This document shows positions 56,924-64,000 of a stretch of DNA of 64,000 nt, in pieces. Below the pieces are notes generated by a model. It was not told where the DNA came from. It did not search any database and was given only the letters and a program-made list of their open reading frames with translations. The translations under genes were made by a program, and so were the position numbers. Source of the stretch: Helicobacter cetorum (lineage in GTDB: Bacteria > Campylobacterota > Campylobacteria > Campylobacterales > BB28); NCBI GenBank assembly GCA_022729755.1, contig DZAZ01000001.1, positions 1,823-65,822 on the forward strand, given 5' to 3'. Every line of letters begins with the position of its first letter. Position 1 is the first letter of the stretch.

Positions 56924-57575
56924 AATTTTAATTTTAGAAGATGATAGGCTTTTTATCGAAACACTTGAGGATTTTTTAGAAGAAGAAAGTTTTAGTGTGG
57001 ATTTAGCATATGATGGAGAAGAGGCACTTGAGAAGAGTTTTAACAGTAAATATGATTTGTATTTACTTGATGTGAATGTGCCTTATATTAATGGATTTGA
57101 TTTTTTAAAAGAACTTCGCGAAGCTGGAGATAAAACTCCAGCAATTTTTATAACTTCACTTCAAGATAAAAATTCACTATCAAAAGGTTTTAGTGTTGGA
57201 TGTGATGATTTTCTAAAAAAACCATTAGATTTAGATGAATTACTTTTTAGAATAAAAGCGATTATTTCACGAGTTAAACCTCAATATAATTTAATTATGT
57301 TGGATGAAAATAGTTTTTTTGACTTTGAAAACTTAAGAATAAAAAAAAATAATGAAGAGGTAAATCTTCCACCAAAAGAAGCAATACTTTTAAAATTACT
57401 TCTTGAAAATAGAGGTAATATTGTTACAAAAGAGAGAATAGTAGAAAATTTATGGAATCCATCAGAAAATATAAGTGAAGGTGCAATTAGAGTTTATATA
57501 AATAATTTAAAAAAATTCCTAGATAAAGATAATATCAAAAATATTAGAGGCATTGGTTATAAATTTACGATTTAA
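56913..57575 (+). CDS. OmpR-family response regulator (REC plus winged helix)
   Basis: ILILEDD, LYLLDVNVPYINGF and a C-terminal trans_reg_C domain (IRGIGYKF). I prefer the GTG at 56913 with a GGAGAG Shine-Dalgarno. It overlaps the pyrC end by 11 nt. Confidence 0.85.
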   Translation: MSSKILILEDDRLFIETLEDFLEEESFSVDLAYDGEEALEKSFNSKYDLYLLDVNVPYINGFDFLKELREAGDKTPAIFITSLQDKNSLSKGFSVGCDDFLKKPLDLDELLFRIKAIISRVKPQYNLIMLDENSFFDFENLRIKKNNEEVNLPPKEAILLKLLLENRGNIVTKERIVENLWNPSENISEGAIRVYINNLKKFLDKDNIKNIRGIGYKFTI

Positions 57576-57894
57576 ATACATTTTTAATTACATAGTAATT
57601 ATCTTCATTTTTTGGCACAAACCAATATTTTAAATTTATTTGTTTAAACTCGCGTTTTGCAAGTGGATTAAATTTAAACTCTTTTTTGACTATTGGATAA
57701 TCAAATCCACCATCAAATAGTTGATTACATTTTAATACTCTTAAGCTAGAAAAATAAAAAGCTTTAAAAATATTATTATTCTCAAACTCCATTTTTGCAT
57801 ATTCTGAACAACTTGGATAATATCTACAACTAGCAGGAGTGAATTTTGAAAGTTTTTGGTAAAGATTTAAAAGTAGAATAAAAAGTTTTTTCAT
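57565..57894 (-). CDS. yidD: Membrane protein insertion efficiency factor YidD
   Basis: Contains YQKLSKFTPASCRYYPSCSEYA. Confidence 0.85.
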   Translation of the reverse strand: MKKLFILLLNLYQKLSKFTPASCRYYPSCSEYAKMEFENNNIFKAFYFSSLRVLKCNQLFDGGFDYPIVKKEFKFNPLAKREFKQINLKYWFVPKNEDNYYVIKNVFKS

Positions 57895-57927
57895 ATTGCA
57901 ATTATATTATAAAAAAAGAAAAAAAAG

Positions 57928-59262
57928 TTAGCTTTTTTTAATAAGCAACTTCGCTAAATCCTCTTTCGCATTTCCCGTTAAATGTAAATTAAAATGCTCA
58001 CTTAAAAAATTAAAAATATCTTCATTCACAAATTGTGGTGGTTTTGGTCCAAGATAAATGTTTTTAATACCTAAACTAAATAGAGCTAATAAAATAATTA
58101 CCGCTTTTTGTTCCATCCAACTTAAAACTATCGAAACTGGTAAATCATTAATCGGCACATTTAGAGCATTTGAAATGGCTAATGCAACATGAACCGCCCC
58201 ATTGCTATCATTACACTGACCTAAATCTAAGTATCTAGGTATTTGTGTGCCTTCAATTACTCCAAAATCTATATCGTTAAATCTAAATTTTCCACAACTT
58301 GAAGTGATAATTACACAATCTTTTGGAAGTGCTTCAGCCATTTCACGATAATAATTACCCTCTTTTCCTGGAGCATCGCATCCAGCTATTACAAAAAATT
58401 GTGAAATTTTGCCATTTCCAATGGCTTCTAAAATTTGAGGAGCTAAACTTAAAATTGTTTTATAATGATGTCCAGTCGTTAAACTCTCACTTGAATTGAA
58501 ACTATCAATTTCAGGCAAACTTAAAGTTTTTGCAATTAACTCATCAAAATTATCATTTTCAATTTTTGTTGCACCCTCAACTCCGACAATTTTATAAGTA
58601 AAAAGTCTATCTAAATAGCCACAATTTTTCTTTGGAGGCACGATACAATTTGTATTAACTACGATTGTGCCTTTAAACTCTTCAAAAAGTTTGCTTTGGT
58701 CAAACCAAGCTTTACCGATATTTCCTTTTAAGTGTGAATATTTTCTAAGTTCAGGATAACCGTGTGCTGGTAGCATTTCTGAATGAGTGTAAATATTTAT
58801 ATTTTTATCTTTTGTAGCTTCAAGCAATTTTCCTAACATATCAAGATTATGCCCACTTACCAAAATCGCCTTACCTTCGGCTTTATTTTGAGTTACACTA
58901 ATTGGAGTTGGAATACCAAATTTTTTAGTGTGAGCTTCACTTAATAAATCCATCACTTTAACTCCAGCACTCCCAACTTTCATAAGTTGAGCAATATGTT
59001 CATCAAAATTGAAATTCACATTTGTAAGAGTAAAGTAAAGTGTTTCACTCATAACATCATCAACCTCTTTTGTTTGAGTTGGCTCAAGCTCGTTCAAATG
59101 CTCTCTATAAGCACTAAGTCCCTTTAAACCAAAAATCATAATATCTTGAAGTCTTGCTTCATTTGCATCTTTTCCACAAGTTCCAACACTAGCCCCAGTA
59201 CTTCCACAACCATTTGGCAAACTCATCTCACATTGATAACAAAACATATTTAAATTTTGCAT
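57928..59262 (-). CDS. hcp: Hybrid-cluster protein (hydroxylamine reductase), short class-III-like form
   Basis: 444 aa with N-terminal [27 protein letters not shown]. About 100 aa shorter than the ~550-aa class I/II proteins. Confidence 0.85.
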   Translation of the reverse strand: MQNLNMFCYQCEMSLPNGCGSTGASVGTCGKDANEARLQDIMIFGLKGLSAYREHLNELEPTQTKEVDDVMSETLYFTLTNVNFNFDEHIAQLMKVGSAGVKVMDLLSEAHTKKFGIPTPISVTQNKAEGKAILVSGHNLDMLGKLLEATKDKNINIYTHSEMLPAHGYPELRKYSHLKGNIGKAWFDQSKLFEEFKGTIVVNTNCIVPPKKNCGYLDRLFTYKIVGVEGATKIENDNFDELIAKTLSLPEIDSFNSSESLTTGHHYKTILSLAPQILEAIGNGKISQFFVIAGCDAPGKEGNYYREMAEALPKDCVIITSSCGKFRFNDIDFGVIEGTQIPRYLDLGQCNDSNGAVHVALAISNALNVPINDLPVSIVLSWMEQKAVIILLALFSLGIKNIYLGPKPPQFVNEDIFNFLSEHFNLHLTGNAKEDLAKLLIKKS

Positions 59263-59317
59263 TTCTTTCCTTTATTTTTATTTAGGAGTGATTTTATCCG
59301 AATTAAAAAACAATTTC

Positions 59318-59333
59318 ATTGATTTAAATCAAT
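59318..59333. promoter_or_regulatory. FNR/CRP-family binding site (perfect palindrome ATTGATTTAAATCAAT, core TTGAT-N4-ATCAA)
   Basis: Lies 22 nt upstream of a minus-strand TAAAAT -10 box (59296-59291). That places the site centre near -41.5 for hcp. Confidence 0.6.
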
Positions 59334-59365
59334 TTTGTTATAATTATGTAAAAAAGTGGGGAAAT

Positions 59366-60124
59366 ATGGATTATTTTGCAAAAAGAATTATTCCTTGTTT
59401 AGATGTAAAAGATGGTAGAGTTGTAAAAGGTGTCAATTTTGTAGGATTAAAAGATGCGGGTGACCCTGTGGAAATAGCAAAAAGATACAATCTTGAAGGT
59501 GCTGATGAATTGACTTTTTTAGATATTACAGCAAGTCACGAAAATCGCGATACTATCGTACATATTGTCGAAGCTGTTGCAAAAGAGGTTTTTATTCCTT
59601 TAACTGTCGGAGGAGGAATTAGAAAATTGGAAGATATTTATGCCCTTTTAAATGTGGGGTGCGATAAAGTTAGCATAAACTCTTCAGCCGTTAAAAATCC
59701 AAATTTTATAGATGAGAGTGCGAAGCGATTTGGAAGTCAATGTATCGTAGTTGCAATTGATGTAAAAAAAGTAAGAGATAGTTACAATGTTTTTGTAAAT
59801 GGCGGTAGAATTGATACAGGGCTTAATGCTTATGAGTGGGCAAAAGAGGTTCAAAATCGAGGTGCAGGAGAAATACTATTAACTTCAATGGATAGTGATG
59901 GTACAAAAGCTGGATTTGATATAGAAGTGACTAGCAAAATTTCGCAAATGCTTAATATTCCCGTAATTGCAAGTGGAGGAGCTGGAAATATGGAGCATAT
60001 TAAGGAAGTGTTTTTCAATGGAGCTGATGCAGCACTAGCTGCTAGTATATTTCATTTTAGAGAAATTGATATTATGGATTTAAAGCGATATTTGAGAGAT
60101 AATAATATTGCTGTTAGGATTTGA
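59366..60124 (+). CDS. hisF: Imidazole glycerol phosphate synthase cyclase subunit
   Basis: Contains [30 protein letters not shown] and SGGAG. I prefer the ATG at 59366; the ORF track's 59288 start is an upstream extension. Confidence 0.93.
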   Translation: MDYFAKRIIPCLDVKDGRVVKGVNFVGLKDAGDPVEIAKRYNLEGADELTFLDITASHENRDTIVHIVEAVAKEVFIPLTVGGGIRKLEDIYALLNVGCDKVSINSSAVKNPNFIDESAKRFGSQCIVVAIDVKKVRDSYNVFVNGGRIDTGLNAYEWAKEVQNRGAGEILLTSMDSDGTKAGFDIEVTSKISQMLNIPVIASGGAGNMEHIKEVFFNGADAALAASIFHFREIDIMDLKRYLRDNNIAVRI

Positions 60125-60205
60125 TTAAAAATTAATCAAAAATCTCTTTTTTACTATCTTGTTTTGTGGTATGCTATTTGTGATTTCAAAAAAAAGGAGA
60201 TTGCA

Positions 60206-60268
60206 ATGATACAGGTTAAACATGTAAAAGTTAAACCAAAGCATGTCAAAATTGTACCTAAAGATTAA
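60206..60268 (+). CDS. Candidate 20-aa basic micro-ORF (MIQVKHVKVKPKHVKIVPKD)
   Basis: AAGGAG Shine-Dalgarno 7 nt upstream, with a TGgTATGCT -10-like element at about 60166-60175. A strong hairpin follows directly. Too short for the ORF track. Confidence 0.3.
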   Translation: MIQVKHVKVKPKHVKIVPKD

Positions 60269-60269
60269 G

Positions 60270-60303
60270 AGAGTTGTCCTAATTGGTACTTAGGTACAAC
60301 TCT
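60270..60303 (+). other. 13-bp interrupted stem-loop directly after the micro-ORF
   Basis: agagttgt-cctaa (ttggtac) ttagg-t-acaactct. It is not immediately followed by a U tract. Confidence 0.5.
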
Positions 60304-60444
60304 AAAGCAAATTTTTGCGATTGGGAGTTTAGCATATTTTTTTGCATTAAATGCTAAATTCTCATGAAATTCTACATATTTTTCTTCAAATCATAAGCTA
60401 CTTACTCATCTCGTGTTATAATTAATAAAAAATAAAGGTGAGAA

Positions 60445-61509
60445 TTGAATTTAATATATGATTACACTCAAGAAGAGTTAAAAGAGTTGATTAAGCCTAA
60501 TTTTAGAGTTAAACAAATTTTTAATTGGCTCTATAAAAAATATGTAAATAGTTTTGATGAGATGAAAAATTTACCAAATGAGTTAAGAGATGAGCTTAAA
60601 AATAAATTTGAAATTGATAATATTAAAATAGCTTCAATTCAAGAGGCAAAAGATGGAACTAAAAAGTATCTATTTAAATTGGCTGATAATCACACAATTG
60701 AGACAGTTTTTTTAAAAATGAAAGAGAAAAAGATTGATGAAGATGGGGTGATTTTAAGTGGTGAAAAATATACAGTTTGTATCTCGACTCAAGTTGGTTG
60801 CAAAGTTGGATGTAGCTTTTGTTTTACTGCAAAAGGTGGATTTATTAGAAATTTAAGTGTTGGTGAAATTATTTATCAACTATTAGCAATTAAAAAAGAT
60901 AATAATTTAGCTGAAAATAAAAGCTTAAATATCGTATATATGGGAATGGGCGAACCTCTTGATAATTTTGATAATTTAATAAAAGCAATTGAAATTTTTA
61001 GCGATTTAGACGGTTTAGCAATTGCACCAAGAAGGCAAACTATCTCTACAAGTGGACTTAGTAGTAAAATTGAAAAATTAGGAAAGCTTGATTTGGGTGT
61101 AAATATCGCTATAAGTTTACATTCAGTTGATGATAAATTAAGAGAAGAATTAATTCCAATGAATAAAGCTTATAATATAAAATCAATCATTGATGCCATC
61201 AAAAAATTTCCAATAGATGAGCGAAAAAGAGTAATGTTTGAGTATTTAATCATTAAAGATATAAATGATGATTTGGAAAGTGCAAAAAAACTTATAAAAT
61301 TATTAGATGGAATAAAAGCTAAAGTTAATTTAATTTATTTTAATCCTCACGAGGGAAGTATTTATAAGCGACCAAGCGAAAAAGCTGTGAGAGAATTTCA
61401 AGAATATTTAGTTAATAGAGGATTACTCTGTACGATTCGTCAATCAAAAGGAATTGATATAGATGCAGCTTGTGGACAACTTAGAGAAAAAGAGTTATTA
61501 ACTACATAG
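60445..61509 (+). CDS. rlmN: 23S rRNA/tRNA adenine-C2 methyltransferase RlmN (radical SAM)
   Basis: TTG start. Contains [13 protein letters not shown], the radical SAM motif [17 protein letters not shown] and the C-terminal AACGQL. Confidence 0.9.
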   Translation: MNLIYDYTQEELKELIKPNFRVKQIFNWLYKKYVNSFDEMKNLPNELRDELKNKFEIDNIKIASIQEAKDGTKKYLFKLADNHTIETVFLKMKEKKIDEDGVILSGEKYTVCISTQVGCKVGCSFCFTAKGGFIRNLSVGEIIYQLLAIKKDNNLAENKSLNIVYMGMGEPLDNFDNLIKAIEIFSDLDGLAIAPRRQTISTSGLSSKIEKLGKLDLGVNIAISLHSVDDKLREELIPMNKAYNIKSIIDAIKKFPIDERKRVMFEYLIIKDINDDLESAKKLIKLLDGIKAKVNLIYFNPHEGSIYKRPSEKAVREFQEYLVNRGLLCTIRQSKGIDIDAACGQLREKELLTT

Positions 61510-61603
61510 TAAAATAATTTTTAATTTTAATTTCACTTTTTAAAGATATAATAATTTACCGAAGATAAACATTTTAATTAATTAAATTTTAAAGAGGTGA
61601 ATT

Positions 61604-62551
61604 ATGTTTAAAAGTGTAATTTTAAGTTTAACTCTTTTTACTTTACTCCATAGTGCAACTGAAACAAACGAAACAAAGAAAGGTATTTATAATCAATTAG
61701 CGGGTGAGTGGAGTGTTACTTATACAGTTGGAAAAACTAAATATGGTTTTGACATAAATGTATCTAAAAGTTATTTTCACAATAAAATTGATAGTTATGT
61801 TGTTGATATAAGTGATAATAAAAATAATACTTATGTTTGTAATTACAATCCAAATAGCGATAAAGTTTTTGGAAAAGCATTTGAATTTGTTTGTTTGAAA
61901 AAAAATGAGTATGAAAAAGATTATGTTAATAAAAAATTTATGGTTTTTAATATTTATGAGGGCGAAAAAATTTTAATGGGTAAAATGGGAACTTTAAATG
62001 GGAATATAGAAGGCTTAAGTTATCCAATCATTGGATTAAAGAAAGTTGATGGAATAGCAATAGTTGTAAGAGATATAAAGTTAAATCAAGGTTGGAATTT
62101 AGTCTCTTTACCAGTTGATGTTGAAATGCAAATTCAAACTAATTTTGAAGACATTAATAGTACTCTTTCTGCTTTTCCATCTGTTCCGCCAAAAGGAGTT
62201 CAATACTCTTATGTTTTAGGAGATTATGAAGAAATTTGGATATATGATAAAGGTTGGATACAAAATCCAGGTAGTATTACAAAAGAGCAAGGAATTTGGG
62301 TAAAAATGAAAAAAAATTTTATATCTACTATGAGAGGTGACCCTTATTTACCAAGTTTCATAGAATTAGCTTTGGGTTGGCACTTAATGGGAACTGGTAT
62401 GAGAATAAAAGATATAAATCCAACTGATTGTATGGATTGTGCAATTGAAATTGTTTTGACTTATAATAGTGAAAATAAAGAGTGGATAACAAACCCAGAA
62501 AGTATAGAAATAGGTGATGGTTTTTGGATAAAAAAAGTACTTAAACAATAA
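61604..62551 (+). CDS. Secreted hypothetical protein (315 aa)
   Basis: Signal peptide MFKSVILSLTLFTLLHSA. I recognise no family. Confidence 0.45.
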   Translation: MFKSVILSLTLFTLLHSATETNETKKGIYNQLAGEWSVTYTVGKTKYGFDINVSKSYFHNKIDSYVVDISDNKNNTYVCNYNPNSDKVFGKAFEFVCLKKNEYEKDYVNKKFMVFNIYEGEKILMGKMGTLNGNIEGLSYPIIGLKKVDGIAIVVRDIKLNQGWNLVSLPVDVEMQIQTNFEDINSTLSAFPSVPPKGVQYSYVLGDYEEIWIYDKGWIQNPGSITKEQGIWVKMKKNFISTMRGDPYLPSFIELALGWHLMGTGMRIKDINPTDCMDCAIEIVLTYNSENKEWITNPESIEIGDGFWIKKVLKQ

Positions 62552-62588
62552 AGTTTATGCTAAAATTCCAAATAAAAAAGGAGTTTTT

Positions 62589-63446
62589 TTGTTCTCAAAA
62601 CTATTTTTACCTATAACTGCCACACTTGATTTTATTCAAAAATATTTTAAATCACTTATTTTTATCTTGATTTTACTTGTAATCTTTGGCTCAAATACAG
62701 ATGAGATAAAAAGACCAAATCTTTTAAAAATTTATTTGAGTGGTGAAATTTTTGATAGTAGCCAATTTTTAGAAGATATGAAAGAAGCGAAAAAAAAGCA
62801 TATTAAAGGGGTTTTATTAGTAATTGATAGTCCTGGTGGAAGTGTACCTCACTCATTTGAGATTGGACTTGCAATCAAAGAATTAGCCCAAAAAAAGCCT
62901 GTTGTAACTTATGCTGTTGGTGCAATGGCTAGTGGAAGTTATTATGCTGGGCTTTATAGCGATAAAATTTTTGCAAATCCTGGAAGTATGGTTGGCTCAA
63001 TCGGAGTTATTGCACAAGTACCAAATTTAAAAACGATTTTAGATAAAGTTGGTGTTGATATGAGAAGTGTAAAAATGGGTGAATACAAAGAGATGGGAAC
63101 TCCATTTAGAGATTGGAGCGAAAAAGAAAATGCTCAAATGAATGAGATGGTTGGCGATATTTATAACTATTTTGTAAGTGAAGTTGCAAATAAAAGAGGA
63201 CTTGATATAAATAAATCAGATGAGTTTGCAAATGGACGAGTTTTTATCGCTTCAAGAGCTAAAGAGTTGAATTTAATCGATGAAGTAGGAACTATGAAAA
63301 TAGCAGAAGATGAACTTATCAAATTAAGTGAAGTTACATCGCCCGTTTGGGATGAGCCAAGCGAGTTTGAGAAGGCTATGCAGCATTTTGTACAAGAGAG
63401 TGTTTCAAGATTTGCAATGGAATTTTTTTCTACAAGACTTAAATAG
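62589..63446 (+). CDS. sppA: Signal peptide peptidase SppA, 36K type
   Basis: TTG start with an AAGGAG Shine-Dalgarno. Contains IDSPGGSV and MASGSYY. Confidence 0.85.
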   Translation: MFSKLFLPITATLDFIQKYFKSLIFILILLVIFGSNTDEIKRPNLLKIYLSGEIFDSSQFLEDMKEAKKKHIKGVLLVIDSPGGSVPHSFEIGLAIKELAQKKPVVTYAVGAMASGSYYAGLYSDKIFANPGSMVGSIGVIAQVPNLKTILDKVGVDMRSVKMGEYKEMGTPFRDWSEKENAQMNEMVGDIYNYFVSEVANKRGLDINKSDEFANGRVFIASRAKELNLIDEVGTMKIAEDELIKLSEVTSPVWDEPSEFEKAMQHFVQESVSRFAMEFFSTRLK

Positions 63447-63455
63447 GTGGTAAAG

Positions 63456-63653
63456 ATGAAGGCAAAAGAGTTTGAGAAAAAGTTAGATAATGCAAAGAAA
63501 AATTTAGATAAATTGATGAATTCTAATATAACATTAAGTGATGGTTTGAAATTTTATAAAGATGGAGTAAAAGAGCTTGAAGAGGCAACTAAAATGCTTG
63601 AAGAGGCTAAACTTGAGTTTGAAGAGTTAAAAGTTTCAAACTCTATGAAATAA
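63456..63653 (+). CDS. xseB: Exodeoxyribonuclease VII small subunit
   Basis: FEKKLDNAKKNLDKLMNSNITLSDGLKFYKDGVKELEEATKMLEEAK. I prefer the ATG at 63456 with an AGGTGG Shine-Dalgarno; the ORF track uses the GTG at 63447. Confidence 0.8.
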   Translation: MKAKEFEKKLDNAKKNLDKLMNSNITLSDGLKFYKDGVKELEEATKMLEEAKLEFEELKVSNSMK

Positions 63654-63671
63654 AATTTTAGGAGTTTTTAA

Positions 63672-64000
63672 ATGCAAGATATACCAATAAAAGATATAAA
63701 ACCGTTAGTTGAAATTCCCGATTATTCGATTTTTATATTTATTTTTCTTATTGTTTTGAGTACGTTTATTTTAATTGCTTTAATGATTTTTTTGGTTAAA
63801 TATTTTAAAAATAGAAAAGAGAATTTAAAAAAGAGATATTTAAGAGTGTTGAATGAACTTGATTTAAATAATCCAAAAGAGAGTGCTTATTTAATTACAA
63901 AATATGGGAGATTATTAGTTTTTGATGATAGAAGTAGACAAATTTTTGAGACATTAGAGGAAAAATTGCAAACTTATAAATACAAAAAAAGTGTAGATAA
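63672..64000 (+). CDS. Membrane-anchored hypothetical protein (DUF4381-like?), truncated by the window end
   Basis: My translation gives MQDIPIKDIKPLVEIPDYSIFIFIFLIVLSTFILIALMIFLVKYFKNRKE..., with a GGAG Shine-Dalgarno upstream. The ORF stays open to position 64000. Confidence 0.5.
   Translation, partial: MQDIPIKDIKPLVEIPDYSIFIFIFLIVLSTFILIALMIFLVKYFKNRKENLKKRYLRVLNELDLNNPKESAYLITKYGRLLVFDDRSRQIFETLEEKLQTYKYKKSVD

Noticed and set aside
60206-61509. The micro-ORF followed by a radical SAM gene could be a RiPP precursor and maturase pair.
   Set aside because: The radical SAM protein has the full RlmN signature (N-terminal [22 protein letters not shown]-terminal AACGQL). It also has its own promoter, so it is the housekeeping rRNA/tRNA methyltransferase.
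1-64000. I scanned for CRISPR arrays, integrases, transposases, IS elements, reverse transcriptases, rRNA genes and long homopolymeric G/C phase-variation tracts.
   Set aside because: I found none of these: no regularly spaced repeats, no recombinase-like ORFs, and no G or C run longer than about 5 nt outside the ech spacer.

Overview
This is an AT-rich (roughly 70% A+T by eye, not computed) chromosomal window. It looks like a Campylobacterota (epsilonproteobacterial) chemolithoautotroph. Supporting features are ATP-citrate lyase aclB/aclA (reverse TCA cycle), a six-gene Ech-type group-4 [NiFe] hydrogenase, fliQ, a sigma54-type promoter, and ppiD-ftsA-ftsZ and tlyA/ribF synteny. A Nautiliales-like origin is only a guess. 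Most of the window is housekeeping: hisS, bioA, bioD, ftsAZ, tlyA, ribF, rimK, mog, ilvBN, lpxD, pit, modE-modABC, murB, fliQ, thrS-infC-rpmI-rplT, tRNA-Val(GAC), pyrC, hcp, hisF, rlmN, sppA and xseB. Five things stand out. (1) A 2,063-bp promoterless two-gene cassette sits between tlyA and ribF, bounded by a 51-bp direct repeat. It encodes an ABC/AAA_21-like ATPase and a small PD-(D/E)xK-like protein, and is my best candidate for an undescribed defence-type system. (2) A Tat-exported type II DMSO-reductase-family molybdoenzyme (alpha, beta, and a gamma fused to cytochrome c) is preceded by a periplasmic rhodanese and followed by a secreted Cys-rich protein. It has no delta chaperone and its substrate is unknown. 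(3) A hicAB toxin-antitoxin pair is wedged between aclB and aclA. (4) A type II m5C restriction-modification pair sits next to two divergent perfect consensus promoters. (5) A GC-rich, hairpin-dense 260-bp insert splits the ech operon and may carry an antisense sRNA. All calls rest on motif reading of the supplied ORFs and hand inspection of the DNA. No database search, HMM or folding program was run.
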